Position numbers and translations under genes: made by a program. Positions 35,266-43,382 of a stretch of DNA of 43,382 nucleotides are shown piece by piece. The DNA is from Xanthobacteraceae bacterium (GTDB lineage Bacteria > Pseudomonadota > Alphaproteobacteria > Rhizobiales > Xanthobacteraceae), in the NCBI GenBank assembly GCA_030648135.1, contig JAUSIF010000034.1, positions 1 to 43,382 on the forward strand, read 5' to 3'. The notes under the pieces were generated by a model. That model was given only the letters and a program-made list of their open reading frames with translations. It ran no database searches and was not told the origin of the DNA. Every line of letters begins with the position of its first letter. Within the stretch, counting starts at the first letter, position 1.

Positions 35266-36570
35266 TCATTTCGCCTGCTTCGCCTTCTTGACCTTCTGCT
35301 CCATCCTCCCGCCGAGCACCTTCACGATCGCTCCGGTGAGCCGCGCCAAATCCTCCGCCTCGATGGTAAAGGCGGGGGTGAGATAGACGATCGAGCCGAA
35401 CGGCCGCACGAACACGCCGGCCTTGACGAAGCGGCGGCGGAGATCCGCGAGATCGTCGATGCGTTTGAGCTCGACCACTCCGATCGCGCCCTTCGTCCGC
35501 ACGTCCACGACGCCCGGCAGATCGCGGCAGAGCGCGAGATCGCGCGCAAGGGTCTTCTCAATGGCGGCGATTTGCTCCAGGCGCGGCTCGTGCTCGAACA
35601 GATCGAGCGAGGCGTTCGCCGCGGCGCAGGCGAGCGCATTGCCCGCATAGGTCGGCCCGTGCATCAGCGCGTGCAGGGGGTCGTCGGACCAAAAGGCGTC
35701 GAACACCTTGGCGCGCGCGATGGTGGCCGCGAGCGGCAGCGTGCCGCCGGTGAGTGCCTTGGACAACGTCACGATATCGGGGACGACGCCCGCCTCCACG
35801 CAGGCGAACATTTTTCCGGTACGCCCGAAGCCGGTGAAAATTTCATCAAAGATCAAGAGTAGCTCGTAGCGATCGGCGGCGGCGCGCAGGCGGCGCAACA
35901 CCTCCGCATCATGAAAGCGCATGCCGCCCGCGCCCTGCGCCAGCGGCTCGACGATGATGCCAGCGAGCTCGTCGGCGCGATCCTCCAATAATCGTTCGAA
36001 CGCCGCCGTACTCTCCTCGTCCCGCGGTAGATCGACGACGAATTGATCGGGCAGCAATCCCTTGAACTCGGCGTGAAAGCCGATTGCCGGATCGCCCACC
36101 GCCATGGCGCCGGTGGTGTCGCCGTGATAGCCGCCCTTGAAGGCAACGAACTTCTTACGGCCGCGCACACCCCGATTGAGCCAATATTGCACCGCCATCT
36201 TCAACGCGATCTCGACCGAGACCGAGCCCGACTCGGAGAAAAAAACATGATCGAGATCGCCAGGCAGGAGCGCCGCGAGCCGGCGCGCGAGCGTCATCGC
36301 CTGCTCGTGCACGAGACCGCCCAGCATCACATGCGGCATTTTTTCGAGCTGGCGCGCGATCGCCATGCCGATGTGCGGATGATTGTAGCCGTGGCAGGCG
36401 GTCCACCACGACGCGATGCCGTCGACGAGCTCGCGCCCGTCGGCGAGCATGATGCGGGTGCCGTGGGTCGCAGCGACCGCGAGCGGCGGCGCCGCGGTCT
36501 TCATCTGCGCGTAGGGCAGCCAGATATGCGAAAGACCGGCGTCGTACCAGCCGGGCCGCGGGTTACGCAC
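35266..36570 (-). CDS. bioA: adenosylmethionine-8-amino-7-oxononanoate aminotransferase
   Basis: HIWLPYAQMK, WWTACHGYNHP, FFSESGSVSVEIALKMA, IFDEI.TGFGRTG and TLSKALTGG are BioA-type class III aminotransferase motifs. GTG start lies 12 nt after the bioB stop. Confidence 0.9.
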   Translation of the reverse strand: MRNPRPGWYDAGLSHIWLPYAQMKTAAPPLAVAATHGTRIMLADGRELVDGIASWWTACHGYNHPHIGMAIARQLEKMPHVMLGGLVHEQAMTLARRLAALLPGDLDHVFFSESGSVSVEIALKMAVQYWLNRGVRGRKKFVAFKGGYHGDTTGAMAVGDPAIGFHAEFKGLLPDQFVVDLPRDEESTAAFERLLEDRADELAGIIVEPLAQGAGGMRFHDAEVLRRLRAAADRYELLLIFDEIFTGFGRTGKMFACVEAGVVPDIVTLSKALTGGTLPLAATIARAKVFDAFWSDDPLHALMHGPTYAGNALACAAANASLDLFEHEPRLEQIAAIEKTLARDLALCRDLPGVVDVRTKGAIGVVELKRIDDLADLRRRFVKAGVFVRPFGSIVYLTPAFTIEAEDLARLTGAIVKVLGGRMEQKVKKAKQAK

Positions 36571-36582
36571 GCGAGCGCCCCC

Positions 36583-37581
36583 TCAGTCCGACATCGGGAT
36601 GAGGCCGAGCCGGTCAAGCAACGCCATATCGCGGTCGCGCTCCGGATTGGGCGTGGTGAGCAACTTCGGCCCGTAGAAGATCGAATTCGCGCCGGCGAGG
36701 AAGGCAAGCGCCTGGGTTTCGTCGCTCATGTCCTCGCGGCCGGCCGAGAGCCGCACCACCGAGGCCGGCATGGTGATGCGCGCGGCCGCGATCACGCGCA
36801 CGAAGTCGAGCGGAGCGAGCGTCTTCCCGGCCGCGAGCGGTGTACCCTCGACCTGCACCAAAAGATTGATCGGCACGCTCTCGGGATGGACCGGGAGGCT
36901 TGCAAGCGTGGCGATCATGCCGATGCGATCCTCCTCGCCTTCGCCCATGCCGACGATGCCGCCGCAGCAGACGTGGATGCCGGCATCGCGCACGTGCGTG
37001 AGCGTATCGAGCCGATCCTGATAGGTGCGGGTGGTGATGATTTGGCTGTAATATTCGGGTGAGGTGTCGAGGTTGTGATTGTAATAATCGAGGCCCGCCT
37101 GTTTCAGGCGCGACGCTTGCGGCGCGGTCAACATGCCGAGCGTGGCGCAGGTCTCGAGCCCCATGGCTTTGACGCCCGCGACCATCAAGCAGACCTGATC
37201 GAGGTCGCGGTCCTTGGGCTCGCGCCAGGCCGCACCCATGCAGAAGCGTTGGGCGCCGGCCGTCTTGGCGGCGCGGGCTTCCGCCAACACCGCATCGAGG
37301 CGCATGATTTTTTCGGCCTTCACACCGGTCTTGTAATGGATGCTTTGCGGGCAATAGGCGCAGTCTTCCGGGCAGCCGCCGGTCTTGATCGATAGCAGCG
37401 TCGAAATCTGCACCTCGCAGGAGTCGAAATGCAGCCGATGGATGCGTTGGGCCTCGTACATGAGTTCCGGGAAAGGCATGGCGAACAGCGCGCGTACCTG
37501 TTCGCGGGTCCAGTCGTGGCGGATGGCGCCGCTCTGGCTGGCCCGCCCGGAATCGGCCGCTTTCACTGCAATCTTGGACAT
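36583..37581 (-). CDS. bioB: biotin synthase
   Basis: Radical-SAM cluster motif [13 protein letters not shown], plus [12 protein letters not shown] and GGIVGMGE. Confidence 0.95.
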   Translation of the reverse strand: MSKIAVKAADSGRASQSGAIRHDWTREQVRALFAMPFPELMYEAQRIHRLHFDSCEVQISTLLSIKTGGCPEDCAYCPQSIHYKTGVKAEKIMRLDAVLAEARAAKTAGAQRFCMGAAWREPKDRDLDQVCLMVAGVKAMGLETCATLGMLTAPQASRLKQAGLDYYNHNLDTSPEYYSQIITTRTYQDRLDTLTHVRDAGIHVCCGGIVGMGEGEEDRIGMIATLASLPVHPESVPINLLVQVEGTPLAAGKTLAPLDFVRVIAAARITMPASVVRLSAGREDMSDETQALAFLAGANSIFYGPKLLTTPNPERDRDMALLDRLGLIPMSD

Positions 37582-37645
37582 GGGTTATTCTACTGCGGTC
37601 TCAATCGTTTTGCATTGGAGGAAAGGTCCGGGTAACGCTAGGCCC
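37582..37645. promoter_or_regulatory. 64-bp divergent bioB / bioF control region
   Basis: This is the only non-coding DNA between the divergent bioB and bioF starts, so it must carry both promoters. No operator recognised. Confidence 0.4.
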
Positions 37646-38839
37646 ATGAGCCGTCAAGCCAAAGCACCGGCCTCCGACGCTGCCCTTCCCTCGCTCGATC
37701 AGTTCGCGGCCGGGAAGCTCACGCAACTGGAGGCCCAGCACCTCCGCCGCACGCTCATCGACAGCGCGCGCGAGGGCGGTATCTATATCGTACGCAACGG
37801 GCGTCGGCTCATCTCCTTCTCCTGCAACGATTATCTCAATCTCACCCAGCATCCGAGGATAAAAGCGGCGGCGATCGAGGCGATCCGGCTGCATGGCGTG
37901 GGCGCGGGCGCCTCACGGCTCGTCACCGGCAATCATCCGCTGTTCGCGGAGTTGGAGGTGCGGCTCGCCCGCCTCAAGGACACGGAGGCCTGTTGCGTGT
38001 TCGGCTCCGGCTATCTCGCGAACAGCGGGATCATCCCGGCTTTGACTGGGCACGAGGATCTGGTGCTGATCGACGAGCTTGCGCACGCCTGTATCTGGGC
38101 CGGCGCGCAACTCGCCAAGGGCACGGTCATCGCCTTCCGCCACAACGATACGAGCGATGCCGAGCGGCTGCTCAGGCTGCATCGCGCCAGGCATCCGCAT
38201 GTGTTGATCGCGACCGACGGGGTCTTCTCCATGGACGGGGACCTCGCGCCGCTGCATGAACTCGCCGCGCTCGCGCGCCGCCACGACGCCTGGCTCCTCT
38301 CCGACGACGCCCACGGCATCGGCGTCATCGGCGGCGGGCGCGGCTCGAACTTCGCGAACGGCCGCAAGGCCGACGTGCCGTTGCAAATGGGCACGCTGTC
38401 GAAGGCGATCGGTGGCTATGGCGGCTATCTGTGCGCCTCCGCTCCGGTCATCGATCTTGTCCGCAACCGCGCCCGCACCCTGATCTATTCGACCGGGCTT
38501 CCGCCAGCAACCGTCGCCGCCGCCATCGCCGCCATCGACTTGATCGAGCGCGAGCCCGATTACGCGGCGCTGCCGCTCCGAAAAGCCAAAGCCTTCACCC
38601 GGCAAGTCGGTCTGCCGGAGGCGCAAAGCCCGATCGTTCCGGTGCTGATCGGAGAATCCGAAGCCGCACTCGCCGCCTCGCGTCTCTTGCAGGAGGAAGG
38701 TTTCCTCGCCGTCGCCATCCGGCCGCCGACCGTGCCCGAGGGCACCGCGCGCCTGCGCCTCACCTTTAGCGCCGCGCATCCGGACGAGGAGATCGCGCGG
38801 CTCGCCGGCATCGTGCGCACCCGCATCCTCAAAAGCTGA
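37646..38839 (+). CDS. bioF: 8-amino-7-oxononanoate synthase
   Basis: NDYLNL, HG.GAGASRLV.GN and the PLP lysine context GTLSKAIGGYGGY. ATG at 37646 chosen because the track ORF from 37385 overlaps bioB. Confidence 0.9.
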   Translation: MSRQAKAPASDAALPSLDQFAAGKLTQLEAQHLRRTLIDSAREGGIYIVRNGRRLISFSCNDYLNLTQHPRIKAAAIEAIRLHGVGAGASRLVTGNHPLFAELEVRLARLKDTEACCVFGSGYLANSGIIPALTGHEDLVLIDELAHACIWAGAQLAKGTVIAFRHNDTSDAERLLRLHRARHPHVLIATDGVFSMDGDLAPLHELAALARRHDAWLLSDDAHGIGVIGGGRGSNFANGRKADVPLQMGTLSKAIGGYGGYLCASAPVIDLVRNRARTLIYSTGLPPATVAAAIAAIDLIEREPDYAALPLRKAKAFTRQVGLPEAQSPIVPVLIGESEAALAASRLLQEEGFLAVAIRPPTVPEGTARLRLTFSAAHPDEEIARLAGIVRTRILKS

Positions 38840-38843
38840 AGCC

Positions 38844-39521
38844 GTGAGCGCGATCTTCGTCACCGCGACCGGCACCGACATCGGCAAGACCTTCGTCACC
38901 GCTGGCCTGATCCGTCACTTGCGCGGCGAAGGAAAGACGGTGGCGGCGCTGAAGCCGCTGGTGAGCGGCTTCGATCCCGCCAACGCGGTGGTCAGCGATC
39001 CGGCGCATCTTCTCGCGGCACTCGGGCGGCCGGCAAACCTGGACGAGATCGCGCGCATCGCCCCCTGGCGTTTTCGCGCTCCCCTCTCGCCGGTCATGGC
39101 GGCGAAGAAAGAGGGAAGCAGCGTCAATTTCAACGCCGTAGTTGATTTCTGCCGCCGCGCCGTTGACGCCCATCGCGGCACGCTCTTCATCGAAGGTATT
39201 GGTGGCGTGATGGTGCCGCTCGGCGAGGGCCGCACGGTACTCGACCTGATCGAGGCGCTCGCGCTCCCAGTCGTCCTCGTCGCCGGCAGCTATCTCGGCA
39301 CGCTCAGCCACACGCTCAGCGCCCTCGACGTGCTCAAGCGGCGCGGCTTGCAGATTGTGGCCGTGGTGGTGAGCGAGACTCCGGAGAGCCCGGTACCGCT
39401 CGCCGAGACGGCCGCGTCGATTGCGCCTTTCGCACTGCCGGCCGGCGTCGTCGCCATCCCTCGGCTGGAAAGCGCGATCGCCGAGCATCCGGCCTTCGCC
39501 AAAATCGCCGCTCTCCTCTGA
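38844..39521 (+). CDS. bioD: dethiobiotin synthetase
   Basis: P-loop-like FVTATGTDIGKTFVT and EG.GG..VPL. GTG start 4 nt after the bioF stop. Confidence 0.9.
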   Translation: MSAIFVTATGTDIGKTFVTAGLIRHLRGEGKTVAALKPLVSGFDPANAVVSDPAHLLAALGRPANLDEIARIAPWRFRAPLSPVMAAKKEGSSVNFNAVVDFCRRAVDAHRGTLFIEGIGGVMVPLGEGRTVLDLIEALALPVVLVAGSYLGTLSHTLSALDVLKRRGLQIVAVVVSETPESPVPLAETAASIAPFALPAGVVAIPRLESAIAEHPAFAKIAALL

Positions 39522-39932
39522 TCAGAGCGCGGCGACGGCCTGCACCTCGATCCGAAACGCCGGGTTCGCCAGCCGGCTGATGATCATCAGGGTGTTGGGC
39601 GGATAGGCGCCGTTCGGGAACAGCTGGGGGAATTCGCGCTGCCGGTAGGCGCCGAATTTCTCGATATCCTCGGCGCGCACCAGAATGCTGGTGAGCTGGA
39701 CCACGTGTTTCCACTCCGCTCCCGCCGCCTTGAGCGCCGTTTCGATATTGGCATAGACCTGCGTGCATTGTTTCTCGAAGTCGTCAGCGCCCACCACGTT
39801 TCCCGCCTGGTCCAACGGAACCTGCCCGGCGAGGAAGACGAGCTTCGAGGCTCCCTTCACCTCATTGACGTGGCAATAGGGCGAACGCGGTTTGGCGATG
39901 CCGTCCGGATTATATTTTTTGAATTCGACCAT
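39522..39932 (-). CDS. RidA/YjgF/UK114 family protein
   Basis: 136 aa from ATG 39932 (GGGAAGGAACA upstream). Motifs LVFLAGQVP.D..GN.VG, QVYANIETALKAAGA and IEVQAVA. The track ORF to 40133 is an extension into gcdH. Confidence 0.85.
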   Translation of the reverse strand: MVEFKKYNPDGIAKPRSPYCHVNEVKGASKLVFLAGQVPLDQAGNVVGADDFEKQCTQVYANIETALKAAGAEWKHVVQLTSILVRAEDIEKFGAYRQREFPQLFPNGAYPPNTLMIISRLANPAFRIEVQAVAAL

Positions 39933-39946
39933 TGTTCCTTCCCGCA

Positions 39947-41164
<1,218 letters not shown>

Positions 41165-41285
41165 CTTGTGCTCCCGAGGTTCAGCAAGCCTATAGCCTTC
41201 CCATCTATTTCCCGCCAGCGCTCGGCCAAGCATGGCTTGCCACCGCCCGCATACCCCTTAGATTGCTCTTTTCTGGGAGGACGCC

Positions 41286-42662
41286 ATGAACCTCGCTCGT
41301 CTATTGCGCAAACGTGCCGAGGAAGGCCGTCCGGTCCGCGTCGGCCTGATCGGAGCCGGCAAGTTCGGTTCCATGTTCCTCGCCCAGGCGCGTACCACCG
41401 TCGGGCTGCATCTGCTCGGCGTCGCCGACCTTTCGGGCGCGCGCGCCCGCGCCGCCCTCGAGCGCACCGGCTGGGATCTCTCCTCCCAGATCGCGAAGGA
41501 TTTTAGCAGCGCGCTGAAAACCGGGCGCACCGTCGTCACCGAGGATGCGATGGCGCTGATCGCCGCCGATCTCGACGTGATCATCGATGCGACCGGCAGC
41601 CCCGCCGCCGCCATTCGCCATGCGCTCGCCGCGGTCGAGCACGGTCGCCATATCGTGCTGGTCACGGTCGAGGCCGACGTGCTGGCGGGTCCGCTGTTGG
41701 CCGAGCGCGCGCGCAAGGCCGGACTGGTCTATTCCATGGCCTATGGCGACCAGCCGGCGCTGGTGTGCGAGATGGTGGACTGGGCCGGGGCCGCAGGCTT
41801 CCGCGTGGTCGCCGCCGGCAAGGGTACGAAATATCTGCCGGGCTACGAGCGCTCGACGCCCGACACGGTGTGGGAACATTACGGCATGACGGCGGAGGCC
41901 GCCGCTGCCGGCGGCATGAACGCGCAGATGTTCAACAGCTTCCTCGACGGCACCAAGTCGGCGATCGAAATGGCCGCGATCTCCAATGCGACCGGCCTCA
42001 AGGCGCCGCGCGACGGCCTCGCCTTTCCGCCCTGCGGCGCCGAGGATCTCGCGCGCGTACTGATTCCGCGCGCGGCCGGCGGCGTGCTGCAAGAGTCCGG
42101 GCTGGTCGAAGTCATCTCCTGCATCGAGCGCGATGGCAAGCCGGTCGCCCGCGATCTGCGCTGGGGCGTTTATGTGGTGTTCGAGGCGGGCAGCGAGGAT
42201 GCGCGCGCCGCCTATACCCGGCGCTGCTTTTCCGAATACGGCATGGCGACCGACGCTTCCGGCCGCTACTGCGCGCTCTACCGGCCCTATCACTTGATCG
42301 GGCTTGAGCTCGGCATTTCGGTCGCGGCGGCGGCACTGCGCAACGAGCCGACGGGCACGCCGGACGCCTTCCGCTCCGACGTGGTCGCGATCGCCAAGAA
42401 GGCGCTCAAGGCCGGCGATATGCTCGACGGTGAAGGCGGCTATACGGTGTGGGGAAAGCTCCTACGCGCCGAGGATTCGCTCGCGCGGCGCGCGTTGCCC
42501 ATCGGTCTCGCCCATAAGGTCAAATTGCTGAAGCCGGTCGCCGCCGGCGCGGTCGTCGGCTGGGACGACGTCGCCATCGCCGAAGACGAGACCGTGCGCG
42601 TGCGCCGGGAGATGGAACGCACTTTCGCGCCGAAATCCGTGGGCAACTTCGCCGCGGCCTGA
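41286..42662 (+). CDS. NAD(P)-binding oxidoreductase with C-terminal SAF-like domain (COG4091-type, 'predicted homoserine dehydrogenase')
   Basis: N-terminal Rossmann VRVGLIGAGKFGSMF. The 458-aa length and C-terminal GDMLDGEGGYTVWGKL pattern fit SAF-domain dehydrogenases. Confidence 0.7.
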   Translation: MNLARLLRKRAEEGRPVRVGLIGAGKFGSMFLAQARTTVGLHLLGVADLSGARARAALERTGWDLSSQIAKDFSSALKTGRTVVTEDAMALIAADLDVIIDATGSPAAAIRHALAAVEHGRHIVLVTVEADVLAGPLLAERARKAGLVYSMAYGDQPALVCEMVDWAGAAGFRVVAAGKGTKYLPGYERSTPDTVWEHYGMTAEAAAAGGMNAQMFNSFLDGTKSAIEMAAISNATGLKAPRDGLAFPPCGAEDLARVLIPRAAGGVLQESGLVEVISCIERDGKPVARDLRWGVYVVFEAGSEDARAAYTRRCFSEYGMATDASGRYCALYRPYHLIGLELGISVAAAALRNEPTGTPDAFRSDVVAIAKKALKAGDMLDGEGGYTVWGKLLRAEDSLARRALPIGLAHKVKLLKPVAAGAVVGWDDVAIAEDETVRVRREMERTFAPKSVGNFAAA

Positions 42663-42670
42663 TCGCGACA

Positions 42671-43264
42671 TTGGAACGCAGCTTGGGACACCTCGCCCCT
42701 CTCCTCGCCTGCGTCCTCGGCGCCGTCATCGCGCTTGCACCTCCGGCGCGCGCCGACGAAGCCGGCCTCAAGGCGCTCGCGGCCGGCGGGCACGTGGCGA
42801 TCGTCAGGCATGGATTGACCACGCCAGGGGTCGGCGATCCGCAAGGCTTCCAACTCGAGCAATGCGCGACCCAGCGCAATCTCGTCGAGGAAGGCCACGA
42901 ACAGGCACGCGCGCTCGGCCGCCTGTTGCGCGAGCGCCAAGTCGAGATCGAACGGGTGCTATCCTCGCAATGGTGCCGTTGTCGGGAGACCGCGGAGCTG
43001 ATGCAGGTTGGCGAAGCCGGGACGTTGCCCGCGCTCAATAATCTATTCGGGCGTCCCGAGCGGAGCGAGGCGCAGGTGCGCGAATTGCGCGCGGTCATCG
43101 CGGCCTGGAAGGGGAGCGGCACGCTCCTGCTCGTCTCCCACGGCTCGACCATCTTCGCGCTCAGCGGAGTCAGCCCACGCGAGGCGGAAGGCGTGGTGCT
43201 CGCGCCCGCGCCGGAAACGGCGGAAGGATTCCGCCTGGTGGGGAAGATCGGCCCGTCCGGCTAG
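42671..43264 (+). CDS. exported histidine phosphatase (phosphoglycerate mutase-like) family protein
   Basis: TTG start, signal-like LLACVLGAVIALAPPARA, catalytic RHG motif (VAIVRHGLT) and distal SHGS. Confidence 0.7.
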   Translation: MERSLGHLAPLLACVLGAVIALAPPARADEAGLKALAAGGHVAIVRHGLTTPGVGDPQGFQLEQCATQRNLVEEGHEQARALGRLLRERQVEIERVLSSQWCRCRETAELMQVGEAGTLPALNNLFGRPERSEAQVRELRAVIAAWKGSGTLLLVSHGSTIFALSGVSPREAEGVVLAPAPETAEGFRLVGKIGPSG

Positions 43265-43274
43265 ACCGCCGGTA

Positions 43275-43382
43275 TCACTCGGCGGCGATAGGCCGCTCCT
43301 TGGGCCGGGCGGGTCCGCGCTCCGGCTCCTCCTCGTTCACCGCCTTGGCGATGCGGCGATCGAACCGGTCGAGGTACAAATA
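43275..43382 (-). CDS. 3' end of an unidentified minus-strand gene leaving the right edge (partial)
   Basis: The minus frame reads YLYLDRFDRRIAKAVNEEEPERGPARPKERPIAAE* with TGA at 43277-43275. Too short to identify. Confidence 0.3.
   Translation of the reverse strand, partial: YLYLDRFDRRIAKAVNEEEPERGPARPKERPIAAE

Noticed and set aside
37582-37645. BioR operator (TTATMKATAA-type palindrome reported for alphaproteobacterial bio promoters)
   Set aside because: The only near match is gttattctac, which is not palindromic and misses several positions. No confident operator call is possible by eye.

Overview
High-GC, alphaproteobacterium-like chromosomal window (inferred from Bug/TctC, DUF1127 and HAAT-type ABC genes), almost fully coding. 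I recognise no transposase, integrase, CRISPR array or rRNA. The left third (0.3-16.4 kb) is a catabolic/transport neighbourhood: a DUF374 acyltransferase-like gene; an amidase and two tandem polysaccharide-deacetylase paralogues on the minus strand; a divergent LivKHMGF-type ABC importer; a cupin; a TctC-hydrolase-TctB-TctA tripartite transporter unit with an embedded CocE/NonD hydrolase; a FlK-like thioesterase; a membrane protein; and a secreted deacetylase. The middle (16.4-33.1 kb) looks accessory and is compositionally patchy. It holds an orphan LivM-like permease beside a short membrane-protein fragment, a GMC oxidoreductase, and an 11.7 kb co-directional, translationally coupled operon (20266-31967). 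That operon is the main item of interest. It combines a Tat-signal LivK-type binding protein and LivH/M/G/F with a 797-aa secreted protein of an unassigned family. A second copy of that protein is split in two, with a Cys-less cupredoxin-like gene and a ~10-11-helix membrane domain placed exactly at the split point. I cannot name a characterised system with this composition. The block ends at a truncated initiator-tRNA-Met 3' fragment (possible integration scar) and an intact tRNA-Gln(CUG). The right quarter is core-like: DUF1127, a TPP enzyme, bioB-bioA divergent from bioF-bioD, RidA, glutaryl-CoA dehydrogenase, a SAF-domain oxidoreductase and a histidine phosphatase. All family assignments come from motif recognition by eye; no searches were run.
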